DNA from: an uncultured virus (IMG/VR IMGVR_UViG_3300029286_000014)
Taxonomy: Duplodnaviria > Heunggongvirae > Uroviricota > Caudoviricetes
Reading direction: 5' to 3' (one strand)
DNA length: 64,000 bases
Virus record (IMG/VR): IMGVR_UViG_3300029286_000014
Below are positions 20,220-34,045 of this stretch, piece after piece. Position 1 is the stretch's first letter. Each line of letters opens with the position of its first letter. Under the pieces are notes generated by a model. The model searched no databases and was not told the origin of the DNA. It saw only the letters and a list, made by a program, of their open reading frames with translations. The position numbers were made by a program, and so were the translations under genes.

Positions 20220-21215
20220 ATGGAAGACATTGAAGATCAAAGAAGACAAGAATTAATTATAGAAAGGTATCCTCGTTATAGAAAAATTCGTGATGAGGAA
20301 AAAAAGAACGAATTTGAACATAAACACTTAACAGAAAAAGATATTTATGAAATAAATCAGCAATTATGCATAGAATTTGGGTTTGGGAAAGATTCAATAA
20401 AGATAAATGAGTTATGCTGTGAAAAGGATCTTTCAAAATTTAATAATGTTCTTGAATGGACAATCTATAACCATGAAGATCAAATAAGATTACAAGCTGA
20501 AGATGGAATGACATTAGAGCCATTTGAATTTCACAGATGGGCTTGTCCTGGTGATTGGTTTAGATTTATCGAGAATAAAAAAATGACATACGGAACAATG
20601 TATAATTTGTTTTGGTATGTTTATAACAGAGCTGTTGAGGATGTTCATGATTATGTGAATGAAAAGATTCCATATGACATAAAATGGAAAAAAACACCAC
20701 ACGATATAGATGAAAATGGAAAACCAATTACGTTCAGCGTAAATTTAAAAACAGTGACAAAAACAAAGGGAATGGAAAAGGTTGTTGATGAAATAAATTA
20801 TAGAGTAATGAATTTAGAAAATGATATTTGGTTTTACGAAATTCTAAATAAATGTAAATCTCTAGAATCTTTCACAGGTTATAGAATTAATTATGATAAC
20901 GAATCTGGGGCATCTAAGGAATATGATCCATCTTCTGATTTTATATTCTGTAGTGCTGACGCTGCTAGAAGTGTTTCATTTACAAATTTTTTAGATGATT
21001 TTGAAAAAATTCAAAAAGATCCAGATAAATTAATGAATATAATTGATTATGCAAAAGATTATGTAAAAAACGAATTTGAAAAAGTCTACAATAAAGTGTT
21101 ACAAGAATTTGAACAAGGAGAGTTGATTTTAACTCATAATAAGAAAAAAAGAAAAATTCTTGGGCACACAGAATTTTTTGAGGATTTAAAGGACATTTAC
21201 GATGGAGAAGACTAA
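20220..21215 (+). CDS. hypothetical protein
   Basis: 331-aa ORF with SD GGGAG. Confidence 0.6.
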   Translation: MEDIEDQRRQELIIERYPRYRKIRDEEKKNEFEHKHLTEKDIYEINQQLCIEFGFGKDSIKINELCCEKDLSKFNNVLEWTIYNHEDQIRLQAEDGMTLEPFEFHRWACPGDWFRFIENKKMTYGTMYNLFWYVYNRAVEDVHDYVNEKIPYDIKWKKTPHDIDENGKPITFSVNLKTVTKTKGMEKVVDEINYRVMNLENDIWFYEILNKCKSLESFTGYRINYDNESGASKEYDPSSDFIFCSADAARSVSFTNFLDDFEKIQKDPDKLMNIIDYAKDYVKNEFEKVYNKVLQEFEQGELILTHNKKKRKILGHTEFFEDLKDIYDGED

Positions 21216-21915
21216 AAAAAGAAATTTACCAATCAATGTTGTTGTATCCATAACTTGCGATATTTGCAAAGACTCTTTTAAGAATGAAATTACATCAGTT
21301 GATGACATATGTAAATTTCAAGAAACAATAAGAATAAGGAAAGAGTGTGGTTATGGAAGTATTTTTGGTGATGGAAATTACATCTCTATCGATATTTGCG
21401 AAACATGTTTTAAAAAATTATTTGAAAAATACATTAGGAGGGATTATGAATGAAGAATTCGTTTTAACTGTATGTGCTCCAATTGATGAAAACAACTATA
21501 GGGGTGTTTCATTTTGTAGTGGATTCGGTCTGAAAATAGGAAGATTTGATAGCACGAAAAACCATAATGAACAATCTTATCGAACAAAAGATATTTCAGC
21601 TCCTAATTTATTTATGTTGTGTAGGAAGCATAGGGAAGAAAATGCAGAATTGAGGTTTACCCCAGATCTTCCATATGGAAATTTTAATATTTTGCAAGAA
21701 AAAGATTTTATAATGATTAGTATAATGAAAGAAGGACTAACTATATACACTCTTTCAGTAGACGCTGTGTCAGAAATTTCAAAAATTACATATGATCAAC
21801 TTGAGAACTCAGTTGGTAAAACTAAAACAAAAGATGTAAATGATATTGTAAGAGAGGTTTCCAATAAAATTAGTGATATTTTGTTTGAAAAATTGCCTGC
21901 AAAGGAGGTTTAAAA

Positions 21916-23205
21916 ATGAGAGTTATTTTTCAGGAACTCGAACAATTTATAAATGAAGCAAATGAAACGAATTCAACGCTTGATAAGATCAAAGTTCTTT
22001 CAAAATATAAAGAATTAAAACCTATATTTGTTTGGATATATGATACAATTAATTATCAGTTTGGTGTTACATCTGCAAATGTAAAGAAAAACAAAAATCT
22101 CGGGGTTTCTAATTTTAGTGAAACTAATATAATTAATGTGTTATCACAGTTATCTTCAAGACAATACACTGGGCATGCCGCATTAATGTTAGTAAATTCA
22201 TTAATTGAAAAAAATCCTGAACATGAAGAGCTGATTTATAATATTATCGATAGAAATTTGAAAACAAGAATCGGTGTCGAAATAATAAATAAGGTCTGGC
22301 CAGGATTGATTCCTGTTTTTGATGTTGCTCTTGCTGTTTCACAAGAAGATGCTGGGGAAATCGATTTTACTAATAATAAATATTACGCATCAAGAAAATG
22401 TGATGGTGTGAGATGTTTAGCATTGGTGAACGAAGGAGAAACCAAATTATTTTCAAGACAGGGAAAAGAATTTGAAACTCTCAACAATTTAAAGAAAGCA
22501 ATAAACGAATCAAAAGCTATAAGTACATATGTTCTTGATGGGGAAGTATGTCTAGTCGATAATCAAGGAAATGAAAATTTCCAAGGTGTAATGAAGGAGA
22601 TAAGAAGAAAAAATCATAATATTGAAAAACCAGTTTATATGGTTTTTGATATTTTAAATCTTGAATGTTTTTTGAAAGGATATTTTGAATTGTCATTTGA
22701 AGAAAGATTGAAAAATCTACATCAACTTATTAAAGAGAATGAGAACATAAGAATTCTCGAACAAGTATTAATAACAAGCAATCCTGAACTTTTGGTAATG
22801 GTTGAAAAAGCGAGAGCCCTCGGTTGGGAAGGACTAATTTTAAGAAAAGCATCAAGTCCGTATGAAGGAAAAAGATCTAAAAACATGATTAAAATTAAAG
22901 ACTTCAAAGATGCTGAGTTTGTTGTTAAAGATCTTGAATTTGGAAACATCCGATATATCCTCAATGGAAAAGAAGTTGAAGAAAAAATGTTAAGTAATGT
23001 TTTTATTGAATACAAGGAAAATCTTGTCGGGGTTGGAAGCGGATTTTCAATAGATCAAAGAAAAAGAGCCTATCATGAACCAGAATTCCTTCTTGGAAAA
23101 CTGATAACTGTTTCCTATTTCAATGAAAGTATTAATGAGCATGGAAAATATTCATTGAGATTTCCAACAGTAAAGGCGATTCATGGAGAAAAAAGAGAAA
23201 TCTAA
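21916..23205 (+). CDS. lig: ATP-dependent DNA ligase
   Basis: KCDGVR (KxDG), LDGEV, VFDIL, EGLILR, KIK, VGSGFS and LRFP motifs. Confidence 0.93.
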   Translation: MRVIFQELEQFINEANETNSTLDKIKVLSKYKELKPIFVWIYDTINYQFGVTSANVKKNKNLGVSNFSETNIINVLSQLSSRQYTGHAALMLVNSLIEKNPEHEELIYNIIDRNLKTRIGVEIINKVWPGLIPVFDVALAVSQEDAGEIDFTNNKYYASRKCDGVRCLALVNEGETKLFSRQGKEFETLNNLKKAINESKAISTYVLDGEVCLVDNQGNENFQGVMKEIRRKNHNIEKPVYMVFDILNLECFLKGYFELSFEERLKNLHQLIKENENIRILEQVLITSNPELLVMVEKARALGWEGLILRKASSPYEGKRSKNMIKIKDFKDAEFVVKDLEFGNIRYILNGKEVEEKMLSNVFIEYKENLVGVGSGFSIDQRKRAYHEPEFLLGKLITVSYFNESINEHGKYSLRFPTVKAIHGEKREI

Positions 23206-23323
23206 ATTTAGTATAAGTGGTAAACTATCTTGTTTACCACTTTATAATAAGGAGGAATTATGGATGAATTGTGGATGTGGTTAAGAATAATTTTCTTAAT
23301 CGCTTTTTTTGGGGTGTGTATAA

Positions 23324-26300
23324 ATGGATACCTTAAATGGAAGAAAGGAGAATACAATGAACATTAATGATTTACCTGAAAAAGTTTTGATTGTTGAAAA
23401 AAGAAAAGATGGTTGGGGAACTGATATTCGAGCAAGATTTATTTGCGGATGTACAGATTCTGGATGTGATGTTCATATAGACTTTGAATATAATATTGAA
23501 GACAAAACTCTAATTCTTATGTTTTATAAAAAATTAAAATGGCATGAGTCGTATATGACAGAAAAAAACACATTTTTCGAAAGATTATCCGATAGGTTGT
23601 CAGAGTACAAGGAGAGATTTATCGTGGCATGTAGGGTTCTGTTTACGGGGTATATAGACGTTGAAAGCGATATTTTAATACATGGGGAAAAAGATATTAA
23701 TTCGTTTATTGAACTTTTGACTCAATGTAAAGATTGGTGCCAAAAAGAGGATTAATTTATGCAAACTGAGAGTGGAGAGTTCTGGTGTGATTTTTGCAAA
23801 GATGGTTGTTGCCTTGATCATTGGGTAATTTGCCCAAATTGTATGACAAGAATGCAAACTGAAAATTGGCAAGCAAAAAGAATAATAGAAGAATTAGAGG
23901 AAAAAATCAGAAAACTCGGGGAGGAAATTAAAAATGAAAATAGTAATCAATAATAGCTATGGCGGCTTTGGTCTTTCAAAAAAGGCAATATTAAAATATT
24001 TGGAGTTGTGTGAAATAACACCATATTTCTACAAAAGAGATTCAGATACGCCAAGATCTTTTTATGCGAAGATAACATCAGAAGAATATCTAAATAATAA
24101 TAGACTACGAAAGTCAGTTATTATTTTAAAAAAAGATCTCGGTGATAACTTTTTATGGGAGCCTGAAATAAATAAACAATACTTTTCAGATGATGATATA
24201 GAAAGAACAGACGAAAATCTTATAAAAGTTATTGAACTTCTTGGTCAACAAGCTAATGGAAAATTCGCAAGTCTTAAAATAGTGGAAATCCCGGAGGATG
24301 TGGATTGGGAAATAACGGAAAACGATGGAATGGAGCAAGTATCTGAAAAACACAGATCTTGGTATTGAAAATAAAGGAGGATAAAATGGTTGTTCTAAAT
24401 GGCGAAGACCTTTCTTTTAATATATATTGCCACGAATGTGGAAAATATATTGAAACTAAGAAATATATTACTGACTTAAAACCTTTTCAAAAAATATCTG
24501 GAGCTAGATATTGCTCTTCTGAATGTAAAGCATTTCATACTGACAAGGAATGGTTTGTAAACAATGAATATAAAAAACTAGTATTGGATAATACTGTGGC
24601 TATTAAAAAAACAATTGGAGGTAAAAAATGATCAGTTCGTGGACGATTTATGGGCTTATTGTGTTAGGTAACTTTGGATTTTTGGTTGGGCTCACAGCTG
24701 TATTGCTCACATTTGGATTGATAATTGTTTCTGGTTATTATATTATGGAAACAACTTCTGATTATTCAAATAAAGATGATCTTAAAATAATAAAACCTAT
24801 TATGAAAAAACTAGTAGCAGCAGTGGTTGTATTATGGTTATTGACTGCTTTGTGGCCTTCAACAAAAGAAATGGCAGCTATTTATCTAATTCCTAAAATA
24901 GCCAACAACGAGCATGTTCAAAAGATTCCTGATAAAGCATTGACTGTCCTAAATAAATATTTAGATGAGTGGATTAAAGATCAAGTCTTTGATAAAAAGG
25001 AGAAATAATATGGATCCCCAAACACATCAAACATTTGGTCTTATACAACAACAAATAGAAACATTAGAAGAAAAAGTAGAAAAAATGCAAGATATCATTG
25101 ATGATCTAGTAAAAACAATGGTTGAGGTAAACAATGGTATGCATATTTTACAGAATTTTGCAGAAAGCATGTTGTTATTGTTGCCTAGTATAGATAGGAG
25201 AATTAACAGACTGGATGATAAATTAAAGGAAAAGGGTAATGGCCCTTGGGGAGATCATTAATATGAATATAGACAATAAGATTAATTTAGAGCAAATTAC
25301 AGAAAATAAATATATAATAGAATATATTGAAGAATGTGGTGCTTGCAAAGCAACTGGTTTATATCAAGGTTTTGCAGAAAGTGGTGGCGCAGCAGTTGTT
25401 TGCAGTAGATGCAAAGGAACTGGAAAAGTAAAGGTAAAACAAGGCATAACAATATTCATAGAAAGAAAAGACAAAAAAGGAATAAAAAGAGTTTATTCTA
25501 ATGCTGGAGGTTATGGTATTACAGACAAAGATATAAAAACAGACGAGGGCAAAGTTATTCATTTTTCACAATATGGTGTTGAATATGATTTGTGGAAACA
25601 GGGGGAAGAACCAAAACCTATCGAAGAATTAATATGCCCATACTTAGAAACAAATCAAAATATGCAAGATAGTAACCATTTTGCCCATGATTTATACAGA
25701 AATTTTTGTAACAATAATACAAATTTAGGAAATAGAATAACTGAATGTAAACTTTATGGAATTAAAGATAAATGTTGGAAAATATATTGGGAATTAAAAA
25801 GGAGAAAATAAATGGAAAATAAAAAGTACATTATTGATTATGACTCAATGGTTATTTTTAATACCATTGAAGCAGTTAACGAAATGATCGCTCCTAAAGG
25901 AATTAAGATAATTATTGCAGATGAGGAGCATGATGGGGCTGAGGCTATTTACTTAGAAGAGATAGGAGAATAATATGTTTTGCAAAAAAGAAAAAAATGA
26001 ACCTAGTATTAAAGTTAGTTATATAATAGAAAAAAATGGATTAAATCAATATCGTATAGTTAAAAAATTTAGTAATAGCGGTAGAAATTATTATGTAGGA
26101 GAACATAAAACATTAAGTGATTATTCAAGTACAGCTAAAATGTTTTCTACATTAGAAGAAGCTGAAGATGAAATAAAATCTTATGCATGGGAAATAGTTA
26201 AAAAAATAGAAGGAGAATAAAAATGTATAGCAAAATATTTAAGGTTTGGAGAAATCAGTCAGAATCAGATAAAGCATTTCGAGTAGAGTTTGAAGCTCAA

Positions 26301-29300
26301 TGTTCTTCTTATGAAGCAGATGTACTTTCATACTACATAGGTAAAGCAATATCTTTCTTGTCGAGAGATTGGAGTTCTCTACTTAAAGAGATATCAAAAG
26401 AGGAACCAATACAAAAACAAGAAAGAAAAACAGAAGTTTTATTTAAACTATTTTCACGAGATGAATTCGTTGGTTATGAAAAATGGGATTGTAATTGGCG
26501 ATATTGGAGTTATAGTCAACCAGGCCCTTTTGGTGCTAGACCTTGGAGCGGAGGATATATTCCACATGACTCAAAAATATTGATAGATAAAATTGAAGGA
26601 GAATGAAAATGAATAACCTAGAAATAATTTCATTAATTGGAATTGTTATAATTGCTATTAATCTGGGGTTGATTTATTTTGCTGTAAGGGAACACACACA
26701 ACTTAAGAAAATTAACAAGATACATACGGAAGCGTTGAGGGATAACATATCCCTAGAAAATAAGGCAGATGATCTCAATAGAAAATTAAAAACAATTGAG
26801 GATAAAGAAAAAGAAGAGAAAAAAGTTAAAATAAACGATTTGAAAATTGGAGATTCTATTATTGTCAAAAGTGCAACACCTAATAGCTTTTACGGTTATG
26901 GCATTACACACACTTTTTGTTTTGAAGGATTTGAAATAAGAGAAATAAGTCCAAGCAAACAATATATAAGACTTTATACAAATGAAAATAAAGAAGTTTG
27001 GAGGACTTTTGAATCATTGAATATTATGGAAGTTATTAAAAAGAAAGAACCATTTGTAGGAACTACCGGATGTTTTATAGAGGAAAGATAAGAAGGAGAA
27101 TCTATGAAATGTAAAGATTGCCCAAATGACTTAGGATACAGATCAGGAATGCATTGGCCTCCTTATGTGGCAACCTGTGGATTAGGTAAAAATCAAGTGA
27201 TATCAAAAAAAGGAGAACTATATAATAGAAAGTGTAAACGAAATTATATAGCAAAATTAGTTCTTCCTAAAGATGTTGATTCTGATACAACAACAATGAC
27301 TCTTCCTCCTTATGAAGGAGATAAGAAATTTACAGCTGTAATTGATAATATTGAGGAAATCACCAAGTTTAGAATTCCTTTAGCAACAAAAGGAGAGTAT
27401 ATGGCGGATGAAGATAAAATAAGGGATGACTACAAAAAAGAAACAAAAGAGGATGCTTATTGTTCATATAATGATGATGGTGGAAATTTTACTGATGATT
27501 ATGTTCATTGGTTAGAGGATTCAGTTATAAATAAGAATGAAGAATTAAAACAGAAAAATGATTTGTTGGAAGAGATAAAAAAACATATAAATACTTATTT
27601 TAAAACAGCTAAATCAATAAGTGCTATAGACATCCTGAAAAAAATAGAACAGCAAATGATTTTGTTACAATTATAAAGGAGAAATAAAATGGATGGGTAT
27701 GAACTATTGGGAGAAGATAAAATTCCAAGATGCTGTGGTTCATGTAAATTTATACGATATAGAGGACCTGACCATTATCATAAATTTGTAGATCCTCTAC
27801 CTTTTTGCAAGAAAGAAGAAGAACTTATCTGTATTTTTGGTCTTTGTCTAAAATACAAACCGAGTAAATTAATTTTTATAAAAGGAGAATGAAAATGAAA
27901 AGGGAACTAGAAGATCAACTAAAAGAAAAATATCCAAAAACATTTAAAATTTTAAATATTGGTCGCAAAGAAGATGCTCCATTTTGGGGAATACAAACTT
28001 GGGGATTTGAATGTGCAGATGGTTGGTTTGACATAATAAATCGACTGTGTGAAAAAATTGAACCAATTATTGAACAACAGGAAAATCCTGATGATTATTA
28101 TGTTGAACAAGTGAAAGAAAAGTTCGCTGGTTTAAGATTTTACATGAGTCTTCACGATGAAAAAATTGAAGAGTGTATAAGACAAGCAGAAGAAGAATCG
28201 TTTAAAACTTGTGAATATTGTGGAAACCCTGGTGTGGTAAGAAGGGATGGGTGGTTAAAAACTATGTGTGATGCTTGTTATAAAGAAGATCAAGAACGAA
28301 AAATAAAAGATTCAATTGAATGGGTTGAAAAACAGCTCGAGGATAAAAGTCTTACTCCTGTGAAAAAAGATAAATTGTTAGAACAACTAAAAAAATTAAA
28401 AGGAGAATAAAATGGGGAAAATTACACTTGCATTTTATGTCCAAAATCAGGGGGATGGATCTGCTTCAGTAAGATTCTATGAATCTGAAGAAGTAGCTAA
28501 ATTTGCAGAAGAATTTGATAATTTAGCATATGATTCAGGATGGGCCGAAAGCAGTGTTGATACAATTACACTGGAAGGGGATAACATAAAAGTTAGTGAT
28601 GAAGACAGAAAATATATTCAATCAAAAGCTGACCTAATTGAAGAAATAAAAAGAGATTTAGATAGTGATTGGATAGAGGAAGATGTTGTAGATCAAATAA
28701 AAGAATTATTGAAAGAACTTGAAGGAGACTCCACTGAGGAGGGCATGTGAAACAAGAAATGAATGGTAAGATAAAACATGCTTTTTGCCCAAAGTGCAAA
28801 AGTGATAATATGTATTATGAAGATCCCGTAATTAAAGAGGACAAACTTTATTATTATTTCGAGTGCAACGATTGTGGGCAGACAGGTAAAGAGTGGTATA
28901 AAATAGCATTTTTAGCAGTTACATTTGATGGTGAGTAAACAAAAATAAATAGGAGGATATATGTTAGTAAAGTATAGTTCAAATAACTCAGGTGGACATT
29001 GGTGGCTAGGAGATCAGGATTGGATGAATCTTGAAAAAGCGGGCTGGAAGGTAGGATGGATTAAAGATGAGAGTGGTGATAATAGGAGAAAACACAAACC
29101 AGATAAGAATGGAGAATATCGTTGGTTAGGGGCTCTTGCTACAGATGCATCAAAAGAGTTTAATTCCATAAAAGAAGCATTAGAAGAATTTGAAAGAATA
29201 ACTGACCAAAGGGTATCAGATGAAGGATGTAACTGTTGTGGGGCCCCTCACAGTTTCAACTGGGATGGTGGTTATATAAGTGGAAGTGATTGTTTGAGTT

Positions 29301-29821
29301 ATTTATATGATGAAGTCCCAGGATCATTGAGGGAGGCTTGTGAAAGATTAAATAAATAGGAGGACATATGAAGGAATTAATATGGAAAAAAATTCCAAAT
29401 AAAAATGTTCGTCTTATTTGGAAACACCCAAAATGTTCTCGTAAGAACTGTCAACACTTTAAAGATGTAATTGATGTTCCACCAACATTTTTTGAAAATT
29501 CTGGAACACCAATATGTCCTGAATGTGGTGATGATTATGAATATTTGAGAACTGAAATACTCTCAGGGGGAAAAAATGGCTAGACCAAAAAGAAAGATTT
29601 TTTACTCTTTGGGAGGATTTAGAGGGAAAGATAGTGAGTTGCCAGATATTCTTAAAGACGAAAAACTACGAGCAATGTTTAAAAATGTAAGAACAAAAAA
29701 GCAGGCATTGAAAAAACTTAAATACATTCCAACAGATTCTTTTATTGTAAGGCTTGTCACCAAAGGAGAAGACAGTTATATAAAGAATGTTTGGAAAGGA
29801 ACTAAAAAAATTGAACATTAG
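23324..29821 (+). other. dense run of about 20 small co-oriented hypothetical phage genes, several with CxxC zinc-finger pairs or membrane segments
   Basis: Tightly packed ORFs, most with GGAG SDs. 25239..25811 has two CxxCxxxG motifs. Confidence 0.65.
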
Positions 29822-29841
29822 TTTTTTGAAAACGATTGAGT

Positions 29842-29855
29842 TATATATATTAATT
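29842..29855 (+). promoter_or_regulatory. candidate early promoter TATATATATTAATT
   Basis: Exact motif copy 40 nt upstream of 29896. Confidence 0.7.
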
Positions 29856-29895
29856 TATGAAATGAAGAGATGATTATTTTTTAAAAGGAGTAAAT

Positions 29896-30258
29896 ATGGA
29901 ACACATACAAGAAATGGCAAGGTTGGGAAGTATTAAAAATATTGAAATCTGGGTTTATCATGAAAATTTAATGAATCCTTCATTTCATATTAAAACAAAG
30001 ACTTACGAAATTGTTCTGCAAATTAAAGATTTTAAAATCTTAGAATGGAAATACAGAATTTCGGGACAAAAAAATATATCCACTTCTGATAAATTAATTA
30101 TTTACAAATTTTTAACAGAGAAGCATCGTAAGTTTGCCACCACAAATTGGCAAGTGCTTTTGATTTATTGGAATGATAGTAATTTGGAAAATCAATTATC
30201 AGAAGATACAAAAATTCCTTCATTGAAAGAATTTTTGAATATCAAAGACAAAAAGTAA
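29896..30258 (+). CDS. hypothetical protein (DUF4160-like)
   Basis: I.VY.E...P.FHI pattern. Confidence 0.35.
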   Translation: MEHIQEMARLGSIKNIEIWVYHENLMNPSFHIKTKTYEIVLQIKDFKILEWKYRISGQKNISTSDKLIIYKFLTEKHRKFATTNWQVLLIYWNDSNLENQLSEDTKIPSLKEFLNIKDKK

Positions 30259-30309
30259 GGGAGAATATTTATATTCTCCCATTATTTTTATTTTAAAAAA
30301 TAAAAGGAG

Positions 30310-31362
30310 GTGAAAATGAAAACAGGAGAATTGAAAAAAATAACAACTGATACATATGAAATAAGACATTGGTTAGAAACTGGTTATGAAGAGTTAGAAG
30401 GAATAAATGGAAATCCAGATCCATTTATATTAGAGTTTCCTTCTTTATTAGATATTGGAATAATGGGTAAATGTAATAATAATTGTAAATTCTGTTATCA
30501 AGGAGATAATTATGACGAACACATGTCTCTTGATAATTTCAAAAAAATAATAGATGAATGTAAAGATTTTACAAATCAAATTGCTGCTGGAGGAAAAGGA
30601 GACCCAAACAAACATCCAAATTTTAAAGAGATCCTTGAATATTCTGTTAAAAATAAAGTTACACCAAATTATACGACATCAGGAATTGATTTGACTGATG
30701 AAGAAGTTGAAATAACTAAAAAATACGTTGGTGCCACAGCAGTCAGTATGCACTCAAAAGATTATACTTTCAATGCGCTTAACAAGTTTATTGATGCAGG
30801 AGTAAAAACAAACATTCATTTTGTTTTATCAAAAGAAACATACACTGATGCTTTAAGAATAGCAATTGGTGGAAATCCATGGAATGATAAAATAGATTTA
30901 AATAAAATTAATGGAATTGTTTTTCTTCTTTTTAAAAAACAAGGTCGTGGAAAAAATTTAGAAAACTTTTCATTGAATAAAGAAGAATTAAAATTATTTT
31001 TGAATCTTTTTATTATTCATGACGCATTTAGACAACATACTTGTATGTTAGGTCTCGACCCTTGTTTAGTTAATGTTATGAAAAGACTAAATATTAAGTT
31101 TACTTCTGAGCAAGAAATGTGTGTTGATACTTGTGAAGGTGCAAGAATGGGAGGATATATTTCTCCTGATATGAAATTTGCACCGTGTTCATTTGGAGGA
31201 AAAGAAAGAGGTCAATCAATAATTGATTCAACTATAAGAGAAATATGGAACGATGGAAAAGAAGTTGTTGACTTCAGAGATAAATTAATAAAGGATCCAT
31301 ATTGTTGTCCATATGATTTAATAGATATTGGAGGTGAAAATGACACACAAATGGATGTCTGA
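30310..31362 (+). CDS. radical SAM protein with a C-terminal SPASM/twitch-like region
   Basis: CNNNCKFCY (CxxxCxxC), GGKGDP, CEGAR...ISPD....PCSF. Confidence 0.9.
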   Translation: MKMKTGELKKITTDTYEIRHWLETGYEELEGINGNPDPFILEFPSLLDIGIMGKCNNNCKFCYQGDNYDEHMSLDNFKKIIDECKDFTNQIAAGGKGDPNKHPNFKEILEYSVKNKVTPNYTTSGIDLTDEEVEITKKYVGATAVSMHSKDYTFNALNKFIDAGVKTNIHFVLSKETYTDALRIAIGGNPWNDKIDLNKINGIVFLLFKKQGRGKNLENFSLNKEELKLFLNLFIIHDAFRQHTCMLGLDPCLVNVMKRLNIKFTSEQEMCVDTCEGARMGGYISPDMKFAPCSFGGKERGQSIIDSTIREIWNDGKEVVDFRDKLIKDPYCCPYDLIDIGGENDTQMDV

Positions 31363-31548
31363 TTTATGTCATGAATTATTTGCTATTGTTAGTGGTTCTG
31401 TTGGTGTTGGGGGATCTATTGAAGAAACTGTTGATATAATGATTGATGCTATAAAAGAAGATCTAAAGACACTTTCTTTCTTAGAAATAATAAAACTATT
31501 TATTTATAGTTTAAAACACAAAGTTTTGAATAAAATTGGAGGTTAATA

Positions 31549-32079
31549 ATGCCCAGCTACTTAATTTCAGATTGTCATTTCGGCCATAAAAACATCATGT
31601 TATACGAAAAGAGACCCTTTGAAACAATCGAAGAGATGGATTCACATATTATAAAATGCTGGAATAACAAAGTAAATAAACATGACACAGTATATTTTCT
31701 TGGTGATGTTTCTTTTTATGGAAAAGAAAAAACACGAGAAATAATAAATTCATTAAATGGAAGAAAATTTTTGATTATGGGGAATCACGATCGTGCTCAT
31801 TCAATGATTTGGTGGAAAGATGCTGGATTTGAATGGGTTTCAAAATGGCCAATACTTTTTAAAAAATGGTACATTCTTTCGCATGAACCAATTTATTTAA
31901 ATGAGAATATGCCCTACGTCAATGTTCATGGTCATATTCATAGTAAAAAATATACATCACCACAATATATAAATATATCAGTTGAACAAATAAATTATAC
32001 ACCAGTAGATTTTGAAGCAATACGTTTTCCTGAAGAACCAATTGACCCAGAAATTGCTGAAGACGGTGAAATTCAATAA
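31549..32079 (+). CDS. calcineurin-like metallophosphoesterase
   Basis: SDCHFGH, LGD, GNHD, LSHEP, HGHIH. Confidence 0.9.
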   Translation: MPSYLISDCHFGHKNIMLYEKRPFETIEEMDSHIIKCWNNKVNKHDTVYFLGDVSFYGKEKTREIINSLNGRKFLIMGNHDRAHSMIWWKDAGFEWVSKWPILFKKWYILSHEPIYLNENMPYVNVHGHIHSKKYTSPQYINISVEQINYTPVDFEAIRFPEEPIDPEIAEDGEIQ

Positions 32080-32093
32080 AAAAGGAGAAAATC

Positions 32094-33494
32094 ATGGGAT
32101 TAGACGTTTACTTATACAAATTTGAAAATTTTGAAAAAACAATGGAACTTGAAGAAGAATTCTCTTCAGAATCAACCGAAATGCGGAAAAAAAATACAAA
32201 TGGAAAATCATATAGTAAATTAACAGAAGATGAAAAAAATATACTTTCTAAAAATAGTAAAGAATTGAGAGATGCAATATTTTGTGGGGCTCCATTGATG
32301 GAAAGTATTGAAATTGATTCATCATTATATCCAGAGCATCTATTTAAAATTGGTTATTTTCGAAGCAGCTACAACTCAGGAGGAATCAATTCAGTATTGA
32401 GAAGAACTATTGGAAAAGATCTTTATGATATTTTTCAACCAGATCTACAGGATGAATATTATATAAGACCTGATTGGAATAAAGCATTAACCATAGCAAC
32501 ACAAATAAAAGAAGAGTTTGAACAACATGTTCATCGTTGTCCATTCGATGTTATAAGTGAATCTTTTCGATACGTTTCTAAAGAAATAAATTCTGACAAA
32601 GAAGCTTTGGAAGTATTCATGAAAGAATATGAAGACACTAAAAAAAGAGTATTTGATAACTATAGCAATAGCAATGGAACTTTTTATTTAGGAGAAAATT
32701 TTCTAAAAGTTAGAGGAGTAATAACTGCAAAAAATAAATTGGGGGATTGTTGTTATATTATTTATGAAAAACCATCAGAAGAGTATTGGATAAAAGAGGC
32801 ACTAGAAATAGTGATAGAAACAATAAACTACGTTCTTTCACAACCTGATAAATATCAATATAGACTGGGTTGGAGCAGTTAAGGAGATTATCATGGGTGA
32901 TAGATCAAATATTGTTGTTACGGGATTTGGTGATAAACTTGGTCAAAGAATTTATTTGTATGGGCATTGGATGGGAATGAACCATGTAAAAATCTTGAAG
33001 GAATCTCTATTAAGAGGAAGAGATAGATGGAATGACCCATCATATTTAACTAGAATAATTTTCAGTGAAATGATTAAAAATGATGTAATGGGGACAACAG
33101 GATATGGAATTTCACCTGAGATTATGGATAATGAACATCCATTACTTATTGTCAATGTTGAAATACAAACTGTGACACTTGAAGATTATAAAATTATTTC
33201 TTTTGAAGATTTTATAAAAAATGGATTTCCAGAAGAATATAAGGAGGAGTAATCATGGAAGACAAAACAGATTTTGATGGAAATGAGCTGATACCATTTG
33301 TGATAATAATTCGTGACAATGTTGTAGACGAAATGATTAGATGTCATAATTCTGCCGAGGCTGAAACTATTTTTATTGAGCAGGTAAAACTTCATACAGG
33401 AACAAATGATCAAACACAAGAGTATATTGATATGATACTTGATGATGGGTGTGAATCTTTTGATGATGGATCCGTATGCATTTCTTGGGCATAA
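32094..33494 (+). other. three hypothetical phage genes (32094..32882, 32893..33252, 33255..33494)
   Basis: ORF track, SDs present. Confidence 0.6.
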
Positions 33495-33504
33495 GGAGGT
33501 TTGT

Positions 33505-34026
33505 ATGAAGATACGAATGTCGAATGTAACAAATAGTTCATCAAGTTCTTTTCTGGTTGCTTGGCCAAAGAGAATTAATAAAAAATCAAGAAAAACGGTA
33601 ATTGAGTTCATTGAACCAGAGAAAGTTGATACAATTTTAAATGATTCTACCAAAGGAATAAAAATTAAATATACACCTAGAACAATTGAAAGAATAACTA
33701 ATATTTTTCTCAGAACTGGTGGATGGTTAGATGAAATACCAGAAGAACTAAAAAGTTTATTGGATGAAGAAACAAAAATTATTAATGATAATGTATTGTG
33801 GAATAAGCATTTTGCAAAATATTCAGTATCTAGTGAAAGATATAAAGAATATAAAAAAGATTGGGTTAGTTTTAGAAAAAAATTAGCCGAAGCTTTCATT
33901 AAAAAGACAGAAGGAATGTGGTTATATTCTTATGAATATAGTGATAATGATGGTGAATTTTATGCAGATATGGAACATGGGAGAACATTTTATGAACTTG
34001 TGTATATACAATTAAGTCATCATTAA
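33505..34026 (+). CDS. 'NVTNSSS' N-terminal motif protein 1
   Basis: Start re-called at ATG 33505 after AAGGAGG. MKIRMSNVTNSSSSSF. Confidence 0.7.
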   Translation: MKIRMSNVTNSSSSSFLVAWPKRINKKSRKTVIEFIEPEKVDTILNDSTKGIKIKYTPRTIERITNIFLRTGGWLDEIPEELKSLLDEETKIINDNVLWNKHFAKYSVSSERYKEYKKDWVSFRKKLAEAFIKKTEGMWLYSYEYSDNDGEFYADMEHGRTFYELVYIQLSHH

Positions 34027-34045
34027 AATAAAAAGGAGATAGCTT